The position numbers and the translations under genes are program-made. 64,000 nt of DNA from Bacilli bacterium. Lineage in GTDB: Bacteria; Bacillota_I; Bacilli_A; RF39; UBA660. Location: NCBI GenBank assembly GCA_900768815.1, contig CAAGEE010000002.1, positions 4,252 through 68,251 of the forward strand, given 5' to 3'. This document shows, piece by piece, positions 36,379 to 46,751 of this stretch (within the stretch, counting starts at the first letter, position 1; each line of letters begins with the position of its first letter). The notes beneath the pieces are model-generated. The model made no database searches. It worked only from the letters and a program-made list of their open reading frames with translations, and was not told the DNA's origin.

Positions 36379-37077
36379 ATGTTTTTTGATTTGTTAAATA
36401 TTTTAAAAAATTTATTTTGTTTTACGGGGTCTTACTCTAATGATGTTTTTCCGGAACCTTTAAGTGTAGAGGAGGAAGAAAAATGTATTAAGGGTAAGAT
36501 GGAAGGTAATATAGAAGATAGGAATAAACTTATAGAACATAATTTAAGATTAGTTGCTCATATAATAAAAAAGTTTGATAATAAATATGTAGATAGTGAT
36601 GATTTAATTAGTATTGGAACTATTGGATTAATTAAAGGAGTAGACACTTTTTCTAGTGATAAAGGAGTAAAGATTACTACTTATTGTGCTAGATGTATAG
36701 AGAATGAAATACTTATGTATTTTAGAAGTAATAATCGTTACAATAATGATATTTCAATAAATGATGCGGTTGGTTTTGATAAGGATGGGAATGAGATAGC
36801 AATAATGGATGTTTTAAAGACTCCTAATCCAGACTTTGTATCAGATATAGATTTAAAAGATAATATAGAGTTATTAAAAAAATATATTAATGTATTAACC
36901 CCTAGAGAAAAAGAAATACTAATTAGAAGATATGGATTAAATAATCAAGATGAAGAGACGCAGAAAACTATTAGTAAGAAGTTAGGTATTTCTAGGAGTT
37001 ATGTTTCAAGGATAGAGAAGAGAGCACTTACTAAAATACTTAGAGAGTTTATTAAGAATAATAAATATGATAAATAG
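36379..37077 (+). CDS. sigK: sporulation sigma factor, pro-sigma-K type
   Basis: LFCFTGSYSNDVFPEPLS...LIEHNLRLVAHIIKKF...ISIGTIGLIKG...ARCIENEILMY...GISRSYVSRIEKRAL aligns closely with B. subtilis pro-sigma-K, including the S/Y processing site. Uninterrupted ORF. Confidence 0.85.
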   Translation: MFFDLLNILKNLFCFTGSYSNDVFPEPLSVEEEEKCIKGKMEGNIEDRNKLIEHNLRLVAHIIKKFDNKYVDSDDLISIGTIGLIKGVDTFSSDKGVKITTYCARCIENEILMYFRSNNRYNNDISINDAVGFDKDGNEIAIMDVLKTPNPDFVSDIDLKDNIELLKKYINVLTPREKEILIRRYGLNNQDEETQKTISKKLGISRSYVSRIEKRALTKILREFIKNNKYDK

Positions 37078-37134
37078 GTTTTCTAGACAATAGATAATAT
37101 TTTTAGTATAATTGTAGTAGTGATGGAGAAGTTT

Positions 37135-38583
37135 ATGAAAGAAAAACATATTAATAAATATAATAGACAATGTATTAGATATTTTAAGAAGAGCAACTCT
37201 TCTCTTATTGTTTGTGGAGTTGTTGTTCTGTTTTGTGCTTTAGCTTTTGCAATATATGACTTTTTGTTGATGCCAACTATTAATTTGAAGGGATCTAGAT
37301 ATGTAGAAGTTGGATATAAAAGTACTTATGTTGAAAAAGGATATAAGGCTAAGTTTTTAGGAAAAGATGTTAGTGGTAATGTAGTTGTTAATGGTAAGGT
37401 TGATACTTCTAAGCTTGGAGTATATGAAATTACTTATAAAGTTAAGGAAGGGTATTTTTCTAAGAGTGTTACTAGGAAAGTAAAGGTAGTAGATAAAGTT
37501 GCTCCTGTAATTAAGTTAGTAAGTAAAGATGACATATATGTATGTCCTAATAGTACTTATAAAGAAGAAGAATATAGTGCTGTTGATGACTATGATGGAG
37601 ATATTACTTCTTTAGTTAAAGTAATACAAGATAAAGATAAAATTACTTATAGTGTTAAAGATAAACAGGGTAATAAAAGTAGTATTAGTAGAAAGATTAT
37701 TTATAAAGATAAGACTAATCCTTCTATTGAATTAGTAGGTAGCGATGTTTCTTATTTATATGTAGGAGATAATTATAATGAACTTGGTTATAAAGCAAGA
37801 GATAATTGTGATGGAGATATTACAAGCAAAGTTAAGGTAAGTAATAATATTAATACAAAAAAAGTGGGAGACTATAGTGTTACTTATACGGTTAGTGATA
37901 AAGCTAATAATACTTACAAGGTAGTGCGTAAGGTAATTGTATCTAAGAGAGATTCTAAAGGAACAATTTATTTAACTTTTGATGATGGGCCTAAGTATGG
38001 GACAACTGATGCTATTTTAGATATATTAAAAGAAGAAGGAATAAAGGCTACTTTCTTTGTTACAGGTTATGGACCAGATGAATTAATAAAAAGGGAATAT
38101 GATGAGGGACATAGTATTGCTCTTCATACGGATAGTCATGATTATAGTGCAGTGTATCAGTCAGTTGATGCATACTTTAATGATTTAGGTAGAGTATCAG
38201 ATAGAGTAAAGAGAATTACTGGAGAAGAGAGTAAGATAATCAGATTCCCAGGAGGAGCAAGTAATACAATTAGTAGACGTTATTCTCCAGGAATTATGAG
38301 TATTTTAACTAAGGAAGTATTAAATAGAGGATATCGTTATTATGATTGGAATATATCTAGTGGAGATGCAACTAGTGACCCACGAGTTACTTCAGATGTT
38401 ATATATAATAATGTAGTTTCAAGATTATCAAAAGATAGAGTTAATATGGTATTAATGCATGATGTAAAACCATATACAAGAGATGCATTAAGAAGAATAA
38501 TTAGATATGGGAAGGAAAATGGCTATACATTTGATAAGGTAACGATGAGTACAGAAATGATTAGACAGAGAGTTAATAATTAA
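37135..38583 (+). CDS. membrane-anchored polysaccharide deacetylase (NodB domain) with three Ig-like repeats
   Basis: N-terminal TM. Three DUF5011-like repeats (D(D/N)(Y/C)DGDITS.VKV). NodB motifs TFDDGP, HTDSHDY, RFPGG, LMHD. Confidence 0.85.
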   Translation: MKEKHINKYNRQCIRYFKKSNSSLIVCGVVVLFCALAFAIYDFLLMPTINLKGSRYVEVGYKSTYVEKGYKAKFLGKDVSGNVVVNGKVDTSKLGVYEITYKVKEGYFSKSVTRKVKVVDKVAPVIKLVSKDDIYVCPNSTYKEEEYSAVDDYDGDITSLVKVIQDKDKITYSVKDKQGNKSSISRKIIYKDKTNPSIELVGSDVSYLYVGDNYNELGYKARDNCDGDITSKVKVSNNINTKKVGDYSVTYTVSDKANNTYKVVRKVIVSKRDSKGTIYLTFDDGPKYGTTDAILDILKEEGIKATFFVTGYGPDELIKREYDEGHSIALHTDSHDYSAVYQSVDAYFNDLGRVSDRVKRITGEESKIIRFPGGASNTISRRYSPGIMSILTKEVLNRGYRYYDWNISSGDATSDPRVTSDVIYNNVVSRLSKDRVNMVLMHDVKPYTRDALRRIIRYGKENGYTFDKVTMSTEMIRQRVNN

Positions 38584-38597
38584 TTGTAGGTGAGAAG

Positions 38598-39116
38598 ATG
38601 AATTTATTTAGACCTAATATGTATAAAAAAAATATATTTGAGATAGACTATAATAAATTAAAGAAACAAGGAATTACATGTTTAATATTTGATTTAGATA
38701 ATACATTAGGATTAATAGAACATGAGAAGTGTCCTTTAAAGACAAAAAAGTTATTAAAAGAATTACAGAAAGATTTCTTAATATTAATAAGTTCTAATAA
38801 TACAAAGAAAAGAATTGCTCCATACTTAAAAGATTTAGGAATTGGAGGAGTGGCTTTTAGTTTAAAGCCTTCTACTAAAGGATTAAGAAAGATAAAAAAA
38901 CATTATAACCTAAATAAAAAAGAAATGGTTATGATAGGAGATCAAATAGTTACGGATATCTTATCTGGTAATAGGTATAAGATAATGACAATACTAGTTG
39001 ATCCATTAGGAGAAAAGGATTTAAGAATAACAGGGTTAAATAGAAAAATAGAGGCTAGAATAATAAAGCACTATAAAAAACGAGGAATGTTTGAGAGAGG
39101 TAAATATTATGGATAA
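38598..39116 (+). CDS. yqeG: YqeG-family HAD phosphatase
   Basis: LIFDLDNTL (DxD), SNN, GDQIVTDI. Directly upstream of yqeH as in Bacillus. Confidence 0.88.
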   Translation: MNLFRPNMYKKNIFEIDYNKLKKQGITCLIFDLDNTLGLIEHEKCPLKTKKLLKELQKDFLILISSNNTKKRIAPYLKDLGIGGVAFSLKPSTKGLRKIKKHYNLNKKEMVMIGDQIVTDILSGNRYKIMTILVDPLGEKDLRITGLNRKIEARIIKHYKKRGMFERGKYYG

Positions 39117-40125
39117 TGAAGAAGTTAAGACCTGTTCGGGATGTGGAGTTAAGTTACAAGATGAAAATGTATTACAAGAAGGGTATACGACAAGTTTAGA
39201 TAATGATATATGTCAAAGATGTTTTAGAATGAAAAACTATGGAGAATATCAAATGGTTACGAAGTCAAATGATGAGTACTTAGAGATATTAAAAGGAGTA
39301 GGTCAGACAAAGGACTTAGTTTTATATATTACAGATTTACTTAATTTAGAGAAAAATATAGAACAAATTAGAACGATTATTCCTAATAAAATGATTTTAG
39401 TTTTAAACAAAAGAGATGTATTACCTAAGTCTGTAAAAGAAACTAAACTTATTAAGTATTTAGAAGAGAAAAATATACATTTTGAAGAAGTAATTGTTGT
39501 TAGTGTAAATAAGAATTATAATATAGATTATTTGCTTAAGAGAATTAAATTTTATCAAACATCTAAGAATGTATATGTAGTAGGACATACTAATGCTGGA
39601 AAGTCTAGTTTAATAAATAAACTTATTCAAAATTATTCAGATAATTGTCAAGAACTTACAATGTCTCCATTACCTTCAACTACATTAAATACTATTTCTA
39701 TTGAAATTAATGATTATTTAACTTTGATAGATACTCCGGGACTTGTTGATTCTGGCTCTGTTTTAAATCATGTAGATGCTTCTTTAGTAAAGAAGATATC
39801 AGCAAAAAAAGAGATAAAACCTAAGACATTTCAACTTAGACCAAATCAATCTATTATTATTGAAGATATAATAAGAATTGATTATGTAGAAGGAGAAAAA
39901 AACAGTTTTACATTATTTGTTTCTAATGATTTAAAGGTAAGAAGATTACTTAATTTACTTAATAATAATGAGCTTAGAGATAAGAATAAGATTACTTATC
40001 AAGTTAAGTATGATGAAGATCTTGTTGTTGATGGGTTAGGATTTATTAAGATAGTTAATAAAGGTGTAATAGATGTTTACATTGATAAAGATATTGAAAC
40101 ATTTATGAGAAAGTCATTGATATAG
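39109..40125 (+). CDS. yqeH: ribosome biogenesis GTPase YqeH
   Basis: N-terminal CSGCG...CQRC zinc knuckle. Circularly permuted GTPase (NKRD before GHTNAGKSSL, DTPG). ATG 39109 follows a GAGAGAGG RBS. Confidence 0.9.
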   Translation: MDNEEVKTCSGCGVKLQDENVLQEGYTTSLDNDICQRCFRMKNYGEYQMVTKSNDEYLEILKGVGQTKDLVLYITDLLNLEKNIEQIRTIIPNKMILVLNKRDVLPKSVKETKLIKYLEEKNIHFEEVIVVSVNKNYNIDYLLKRIKFYQTSKNVYVVGHTNAGKSSLINKLIQNYSDNCQELTMSPLPSTTLNTISIEINDYLTLIDTPGLVDSGSVLNHVDASLVKKISAKKEIKPKTFQLRPNQSIIIEDIIRIDYVEGEKNSFTLFVSNDLKVRRLLNLLNNNELRDKNKITYQVKYDEDLVVDGLGFIKIVNKGVIDVYIDKDIETFMRKSLI

Positions 40126-40142
40126 ATGTGACTTTCTTTTTT
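40109..40142 (+). terminator. intrinsic terminator after yqeH
   Basis: GAAAGTCA / TGACTTTC stem followed by TTTTTT. Overlaps the gene end. Confidence 0.7.
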
Positions 40143-40245
40143 ATTTCGATGAAAAAACTATAGTGATTTTTATTTTATGTGGTCTTTATTGAAAAAGATG
40201 CAAAAATATGATACAATATGTGTTGTTTAGAAGGAGTGGTGTCAG

Positions 40246-41970
40246 TTGAATAATGACTTAGCGAATGAAATTCGTAGTAAGACAGATATTGTTGACATCA
40301 TAGGAGAAAGAATACCTTTAGTGGCAAGAGGTAAAAACTTCTTTGGAGTTTGTCCATTTCATGATGATTCCAATCCTTCGATGTGCGTTTCAAGAGAAAA
40401 ACAAATCTATACTTGTTTTTCTTGTCATGCTACAGGGAATGTTTATACCTTTTTAATGAATTATGAGCATATCGATTTTAGAGAGGCATTAAGATATTTA
40501 GGAGAAAAAGTAGGGGTAAATGTTTCTTCAATAAATATTAAAAAAAAGACTACTAAGTTTGAACATTTATATGAAGCATATAACTTTGCAGTTAAATATT
40601 TTCAAAATAACTTGTCGGCAGCTGTTGGTAAAGAGGCAAGGTCTTACTTAAGTAAACGTGGTATTAATGAAGAAGCAATTAAAGAATTTGAAATTGGTTT
40701 ATCATTAGAGAGTCGAGATGATTTAACTAAGTTATTAGTTAGTAAAAAATATGAACTCAGTACTTTAAATAAAATTGGATTATCTAGTGATGATCATGAT
40801 ATATATGATGATAGAATTATGTTTCCACTGTATGATGTTTCTGGGCAAGTAGTTGGATTTAGTGGAAGAATATATAAAGATGTAGATCAGAATAAATACT
40901 TAAATACGAAAGAGACAGATATCTTTAAAAAGGGCGAAATGTTATACCATTACCATGTTGCGAGAGAAGAGTGCAGACTTAAAAAGTCTGTTATCGTAAT
41001 GGAAGGGTTTATGGATGTTATTAGAGCAAGCATTGTAGGAGTTAAAAATACAGTTGCTTTAATGGGAACTGCTTTAACTAATAATCAATTTAATTTAATT
41101 AAGAGACTTTCTAATAACATTATTTTATGTTTAGACGGAGATGATCCAGGAGTTAAGGCAATGCTTAGTATAGGGGAGCATTTACTTGATGAGGGAGTTG
41201 AAGTAAAAGTAGTAGTTTTACCAGATAATGATGATCCAGATTCATTTATATTAAAACATGGTAAAGATAGATTTATTGGACTTGTTGAGAATGCTTTAAA
41301 CTTTAGTGATTTTAAAATGCAACAGTTACGAAAAAATGTTAATTTTAGAAGTGATGAAGAAAAAGCAAATTATATAAATGAAGTTTTAAAAGAAACAGTT
41401 AAAATAAATGATACGATTAGAGTAGAAATAGTACTTAAAAGACTTGAAAAAGAATTTGATATAAGTTATAATACACTGGAAAAACGTTTTAAAGACTTGA
41501 TGGAGTTTAAAAAGACAACTAAAAGAGTGGGTCCAGAGGTAGTAAATAGAGTAGTTAAGAAAACAAAGTATGATAAAGCAGTTGAACAAATACTTTACTT
41601 TATGCTTAATAATGATTGGGTAATTAGTCAAGTAGAGAGGGAAAATATAGTGTTTCCAAGTGAAGAGAGTAGAATACTTTCTAGTGAGATTATTTATTAT
41701 TATAAGTTGTATGGTAATATAAATGTTCCTGATTTTTATACTTATGTTCAAGATAAAGAAGATGTTCTAGTTTTACTTAATTCTATATTAGCAGATAGTT
41801 ATAGTGAGGAGACTACAAAAGAAGAGTTATTTCAATTTTTAAAGGTTATAAAGGATTATCGCTGTAGCCAAGAAATTAAAAGATTAACTAATTTAATGAA
41901 AAAAGAAGTAGATCCATTAGAACAAGCTAAGATAGCGGATAAAATTAGAAGGTTAAGAATGGGAGAATAG
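40246..41970 (+). CDS. dnaG: DNA primase
   Basis: Zinc finger CPFHDDSNPSM...CFSCHATG, TOPRIM (MEGFMDVI, DGDDPG). TTG start after a GGAGTGG RBS. Followed by rpoD. Confidence 0.95.
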   Translation: MNNDLANEIRSKTDIVDIIGERIPLVARGKNFFGVCPFHDDSNPSMCVSREKQIYTCFSCHATGNVYTFLMNYEHIDFREALRYLGEKVGVNVSSINIKKKTTKFEHLYEAYNFAVKYFQNNLSAAVGKEARSYLSKRGINEEAIKEFEIGLSLESRDDLTKLLVSKKYELSTLNKIGLSSDDHDIYDDRIMFPLYDVSGQVVGFSGRIYKDVDQNKYLNTKETDIFKKGEMLYHYHVAREECRLKKSVIVMEGFMDVIRASIVGVKNTVALMGTALTNNQFNLIKRLSNNIILCLDGDDPGVKAMLSIGEHLLDEGVEVKVVVLPDNDDPDSFILKHGKDRFIGLVENALNFSDFKMQQLRKNVNFRSDEEKANYINEVLKETVKINDTIRVEIVLKRLEKEFDISYNTLEKRFKDLMEFKKTTKRVGPEVVNRVVKKTKYDKAVEQILYFMLNNDWVISQVERENIVFPSEESRILSSEIIYYYKLYGNINVPDFYTYVQDKEDVLVLLNSILADSYSEETTKEELFQFLKVIKDYRCSQEIKRLTNLMKKEVDPLEQAKIADKIRRLRMGE

Positions 41971-41973
41971 AGC

Positions 41974-43065
41974 ATGGTTGGAGAAATAAAAACACTTGAA
42001 GAAAGAAAGAATAAATTACTAGCAAAAGGTAAGAAACAAGGTTTTATTACTTATGAACAATTAGCAGAAGAATTAAAGGGTTTAGATGTAGATAGTGATT
42101 CATTAGATGATTTATATAATACTTTAGTTGAGGCAGACATTGATATAGTTACAGAAGATGGTAGTGATGATGCTTCTGGTGAAGAAATTACGTCAGATGT
42201 AGTAGTTGAAGATATTACATTATCTAAAGATGTTAAAATTAATGATCCTGTACGTATGTACTTAAAAGAAATTGGACGTATTAACTTACTTACTTCAGAT
42301 GAAGAGTTTGAATATGCTAAGAGAGCTGAAGAGGGTGATGAGGAAGCAAAGAGAATGCTTGCTGAATCAAATTTACGTTTAGTTGTTAGTATTGCAAAAA
42401 GATATGTAGGACGTGGAATGTTATTCTTAGATTTAATTCAAGAAGGAAATATTGGATTAATGAAAGCGGTAGATAAGTTTGATCCTACCAAGGGATATAA
42501 ATTCTCTACATATGCTACTTGGTGGATTAGACAAGCAATTACAAGAGCAATAGCTGATCAAGCTAGAACAATACGTGTACCAGTACATATGGTTGAAACT
42601 ATTAATAAATTGGCACGTGTACAAAGACAATTAACACAAGAGTTAAATCGTGAACCAACAGATGAAGAAATTGCTAAAAAGTTAGGAATTTCTATTGATA
42701 AAGTTCGTGAAGTTTATAAAATTTCACAAGATCCAGTTTCGTTGGAAACACCAATAGGTGAAGAAGATGATTCACATTTAGGCGATTTTATTAAAGATGA
42801 GAGAACTATGGGCCCAGAAGAGTATGCAACAGTTGAAATGTTAAAAGAAGAGTTATCTGGAGTTTTATCAACTTTAACAGATCGTGAAGAAAAGGTACTT
42901 AGACTTAGATTTGGTCTTAATGATGGACAATGTAGAACACTAGAAGAAGTTGGACAAATATTTGGAGTTACTCGTGAGAGAATTAGACAAATAGAGGCTA
43001 AAGCACTTCGTAAATTAAGACACCCTTCTCGTAGTCGAAAATTAAAGGATTTCTTGACTGATTAA
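41974..43065 (+). CDS. rpoD: RNA polymerase primary sigma factor
   Basis: Acidic region 1, region 2 ([32 protein letters not shown]), region 4.2 ([30 protein letters not shown]). Confidence 0.97.
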   Translation: MVGEIKTLEERKNKLLAKGKKQGFITYEQLAEELKGLDVDSDSLDDLYNTLVEADIDIVTEDGSDDASGEEITSDVVVEDITLSKDVKINDPVRMYLKEIGRINLLTSDEEFEYAKRAEEGDEEAKRMLAESNLRLVVSIAKRYVGRGMLFLDLIQEGNIGLMKAVDKFDPTKGYKFSTYATWWIRQAITRAIADQARTIRVPVHMVETINKLARVQRQLTQELNREPTDEEIAKKLGISIDKVREVYKISQDPVSLETPIGEEDDSHLGDFIKDERTMGPEEYATVEMLKEELSGVLSTLTDREEKVLRLRFGLNDGQCRTLEEVGQIFGVTRERIRQIEAKALRKLRHPSRSRKLKDFLTD

Positions 43066-43727
43066 TGAAAATTAATTATAGATTAAAACATATAGGGGAT
43101 TTAGTAGAAGCTAACTCCTTTTGTTTAGATATTGGTTGTGATCATGCTTTTTTAGATATTTACTTAGTTAAACAAAATAAGAATATTAAAGCAATTGCTT
43201 CTGATATAGCTGAAGGTCCAGTTAAACAAGCAAGAGAGAATATAAAAAGAGAAGGGTTAGAAGATATAATAGAAGTTAGACTGGGAAATGGTTTAGATAC
43301 TTATTCAGATGAAGTTAATACTGTGATTATTGCTGGTATGGGTGGAAGAAATATGATAGGTATATTTAAAAATAATATGAAAGTATTAAAAAAAATAGAT
43401 ACTATTATAGTTAGTCCTAATAATTATCAGATAGATGTTAAGAAGTTTTTAACTAAGAATGGTTTTTATATTGATGATGAAGAATTAGTTAAAGAAAAGA
43501 AGTTTATTTATCAGATAATTAAATTTAAAAGAGGTAGGAAACATTATACTAGAAAAGAATTTTTCTTTGGACCTGTACTTCTTAAGAAAAAGGGTAATTT
43601 ATTTGAGGAGTATTATAAAAGAGAAAAGTTATCTAGAGAGATTCTTATTTCTATATTACCTAAGAATTATAGGTATAAAAAATTTATTACTAAAAGAGAA
43701 ATTAAGATGATAGAGAAGGAACTGTAG
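43065..43727 (+). CDS. trmK: tRNA (adenine22-N1)-methyltransferase TrmK
   Basis: DIGCDHAFL SAM-binding start, IIAGMGG. Position after rpoD as for B. subtilis yqfN. Confidence 0.8.
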   Translation: MKINYRLKHIGDLVEANSFCLDIGCDHAFLDIYLVKQNKNIKAIASDIAEGPVKQARENIKREGLEDIIEVRLGNGLDTYSDEVNTVIIAGMGGRNMIGIFKNNMKVLKKIDTIIVSPNNYQIDVKKFLTKNGFYIDDEELVKEKKFIYQIIKFKRGRKHYTRKEFFFGPVLLKKKGNLFEEYYKREKLSREILISILPKNYRYKKFITKREIKMIEKEL

Positions 43728-43851
43728 AGTTCTTTTTTTGATATATTCTTGGGAAATATACTTTTGAATAGTTGTTTCTATTGATTGTGTAAACTTGACA
43801 TTACTACTCTTCTATGCTACTCTTTTTTTATAATATGGAGGGTTAAGTAGT

Positions 43852-45747
43852 ATGAGAAATGTTAATGTTAATAGTGAGAAAATTGAGGAGTCTTTAAAAA
43901 GAAGTAGGAATGGAAATTTTTCTGTAAAAAGGGTTGCTTCTGCTCTTTTAGCTGGTCTTATTATTAGTGGTAGTGCAATTGGGCTTTCTGGTTGTAATAC
44001 TAAAGATAAGCAATCTAAATATCCTGATTATGTACCTGGTTACTCTAGTGTTGAAGCAGTAAAAGATAATACTGATGATAGTTTTGTTATTTTGGATGTT
44101 GGTAATCATAGTAGACAGAGAAAAATATCAGAAATAAAAAAGGGGAATGAAAAAGATATTTCTCTTGGAGTTGTTATTTCTACAGATGCTGATAGTGAGG
44201 CGGCTATTTATGATGATGTTGAATATGTTAGAAGTTTAATAAATAATTATGATATTAATTTTCCTGTATATTTAAATATAGAGAGTATTGTTAATAATAA
44301 GTCTTTAAATAATGAAATGAAAGGTAAATTAATATCAGACTTTTTAGGTAAGTGTTCAGCTAATCATATATTTGTTGGTGTATATGGTACTGATAGTACT
44401 TTGTGTATGGCCTCTAAGTATTTTGATTTTAAAGATTATGATGCTTTTGTTGTTATGGACAGTGATAGTATTAAGTATTCTGGAGCTTGTACTGTTTTTA
44501 AAACGAAAGATGGGGAGATTTTTTCTAAAGAGGATCTTAGCAAAACCATTCAAGAAAACACTTTAAATGAGGCTGGTTCTTTAGTTAATGATAAGAAGTC
44601 TTTTGTTAAAGGTAGTGATGAGTTACTTCAATTATCATTAGAGTGTGGACTTAGCTATGATGAGTTACTTGAATATAATGGGCTTAAGGAAAAAGACTTA
44701 GAAGAGGGATGCGAGGTTAAAATACCTTCTAGGGTTGGAGCAAGTGTTAAAATTTTGGATGAGGCTAGTTTAGATGATAACATGATTATGGGTTGTGATA
44801 TTTCATATTGTCAAGATAATGTTGATTGGAATAAAGCTAAGGAAAACTTTGACTTTGTTATTGTACGAGTAAGTCAAGGAAATTCACTTGATGAGAGATT
44901 TACTTCACATATAGAAAATGCTAATAAACATGGTGTTGCAGCAGGAGTTTATTGTTTTAATAATTATAATGCTAAGTCATGTGATAATTTAGAAAGGTTT
45001 GTTGAATTAGAAAAGAATCAAGCTGACTTTGTTGTTAACTCTTTACAAAATCATAAGATTGACTATCCAGTGTATTTAGATATTGAACGTTGTCGTAACA
45101 ATGAATATGGAGTTTCTTGGAATGAGTTGTTACCTAGGGATTATACTGTTTCTATGATTAATACTTGGTGTAGCAAAATTGATAGTGCTGGTTATATTCC
45201 TGGTCTTTATTTTAGTGAGGATTGTTACAATTATTTAACAAGTGTATGTGATAGTATTAAGAGTAGTGCTAGTAAATCAGAAGAAGAGGCAAAGTTTGTT
45301 GACAATTTTGAAAAAACTCGTAAGTGGTTAGCTGGCGGTGAGCAATATGGTAATACATCATATGATATATCTGAGGTTAAAGAGCCATCTGAAGATCGAA
45401 AAAGAGAATTTAATGATGTTGATGTTTTTCAAGTTACTTCTACAGCGACTAATTCAGGAGCTGGTAATTGGCATGGACATGTAGATGTTAATTTTTCTAG
45501 TACGGATTATAGTAAGAATACTACTTCGGAAAATGTTGAACCTGTAGATATAAAAGACTTTGATAAAGGAAAAGAAATACAAGGTAAGCTTGTTGGAATG
45601 TTACCTACTGCTGGAGTATTCTTAAGTGGTGCTGCTTTAGGTACATACTTTGATAGAAGACATCTTAAAAAAGAAAGAGAAAAAAGAGAAGAAAGAAGAG
45701 CTAGGAGAGAAGCTGGAAATAATGGACAAAAGCATGGAGGTTATTAA
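43852..45747 (+). CDS. surface-anchored GH25 muramidase with LysM, lipobox and C-terminal sorting-signal-like tail
   Basis: Lipobox GLSG|C (Cys codon 43993-95). Degenerate GH25-like domain (VYLNIE). LysM-like segment. Intact GH25 domain (DISYCQ...VYLDIE). LPTAG (45601-15) followed by a hydrophobic span and an R/K-rich tail. Confidence 0.8.
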   Translation: MRNVNVNSEKIEESLKRSRNGNFSVKRVASALLAGLIISGSAIGLSGCNTKDKQSKYPDYVPGYSSVEAVKDNTDDSFVILDVGNHSRQRKISEIKKGNEKDISLGVVISTDADSEAAIYDDVEYVRSLINNYDINFPVYLNIESIVNNKSLNNEMKGKLISDFLGKCSANHIFVGVYGTDSTLCMASKYFDFKDYDAFVVMDSDSIKYSGACTVFKTKDGEIFSKEDLSKTIQENTLNEAGSLVNDKKSFVKGSDELLQLSLECGLSYDELLEYNGLKEKDLEEGCEVKIPSRVGASVKILDEASLDDNMIMGCDISYCQDNVDWNKAKENFDFVIVRVSQGNSLDERFTSHIENANKHGVAAGVYCFNNYNAKSCDNLERFVELEKNQADFVVNSLQNHKIDYPVYLDIERCRNNEYGVSWNELLPRDYTVSMINTWCSKIDSAGYIPGLYFSEDCYNYLTSVCDSIKSSASKSEEEAKFVDNFEKTRKWLAGGEQYGNTSYDISEVKEPSEDRKREFNDVDVFQVTSTATNSGAGNWHGHVDVNFSSTDYSKNTTSENVEPVDIKDFDKGKEIQGKLVGMLPTAGVFLSGAALGTYFDRRHLKKEREKREERRARREAGNNGQKHGGY

Positions 45748-45849
45748 GAGATCAATAATTTTATTGGTCTTTTTTTCTTTTGCTTTACATATTCTTTATA
45801 TTGTGGTATACTTATGGAACTTTTGTGTACAGAGGGGAGAAATATAAAT

Positions 45850-46317
45850 ATGTTAGATTACGAAAGAGAAGATTCAGTAGACAGAATAATTTTTGATTAT
45901 ATAAATCAAGCTTTTCCTGTTACTTTTGGACCTAATTATAGAGGACCTAGAAATGTTACGTTTGGTAAAAATAAAGAGATGAAGGATTTAGCTTATAAAT
46001 TAAGAAGAAATGGAATACAGTCAGAAGAAGTATTAAAACTTTTGCTTAGTGATAGGCCATTTGGAGAGATAAGTGATGTTACTTATGTTGATTTTATTTA
46101 TCGATATATTAATTTAGTGGTACCAGGTAGAGATGAGACTAGTGAAAGTGAACAAGTTGATTTTCGTGATTTGTACTTTGAAAAAGTAAATGAGATTGTT
46201 TCTAATGGATATGGAATGGATGTTGCTTTTAAATATGTCGTTAGAGGAGAGATTCCAATAAAATCAATAGTAATAGTTAATCCAAAACAATATGTAAAGA
46301 CAAATAAAAAGAGCTAA
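45850..46317 (+). CDS. hypothetical protein
   Basis: ATG 45850 follows a GAGGGGAG RBS. 155 aa, soluble, no motif recognised. Confidence 0.55.
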   Translation: MLDYEREDSVDRIIFDYINQAFPVTFGPNYRGPRNVTFGKNKEMKDLAYKLRRNGIQSEEVLKLLLSDRPFGEISDVTYVDFIYRYINLVVPGRDETSESEQVDFRDLYFEKVNEIVSNGYGMDVAFKYVVRGEIPIKSIVIVNPKQYVKTNKKS

Positions 46318-46679
46318 GACTCTTTTTTTCTATTTATACCAATCATACTACCTAAAATGGATGTTATAAAAATAATAATATAATAAATTAGGACTTTTAT
46401 TTTTATTGGAGAAGAAGTAATTAGAGAGATAATGATAAATATAGGAATAATTATTAAAGCAAATTTAATACCTTCTAGATAACCTTTGCTAGTTGTTGAT
46501 TTACCTAAAATAAAGCTACTTATAAATATGTTTGCTAAGATAATTATAATTTTTAAGATCTTATTTATATTTGGACTAATTAAATTAAAATAATAAAGAA
46601 GAGATATTATGAATAAAGAAATAATTATAGAGAACATTGTAAATAGAAGTCTTTTACCATATCTTTTTATATAAGTCAT
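46314..46679 (-). CDS. small 4-TM membrane protein (YrzE/TIGR04086-like)
   Basis: ATG at 46679 follows a GAGGTG RBS. Four hydrophobic spans. My match to TIGR04086-type proteins is a resemblance only. Confidence 0.5.
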   Translation of the reverse strand: MTYIKRYGKRLLFTMFSIIISLFIISLLYYFNLISPNINKILKIIIILANIFISSFILGKSTTSKGYLEGIKFALIIIPIFIIISLITSSPIKIKVLIYYIIIFITSILGSMIGINRKKES

Positions 46680-46751
46680 ATTACACCTCAATTAATATTA
46701 TGTTTAAGTATAAAAAATATGATTTTAGACATTATATTAATGGTGATAATT

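Noticed and set aside
43852-45747. GH25 lysozyme as a prophage endolysin.
   Set aside because: No holin, terminase, capsid or integrase genes are nearby. The protein has a lipobox and a membrane/wall anchor, which endolysins normally lack.
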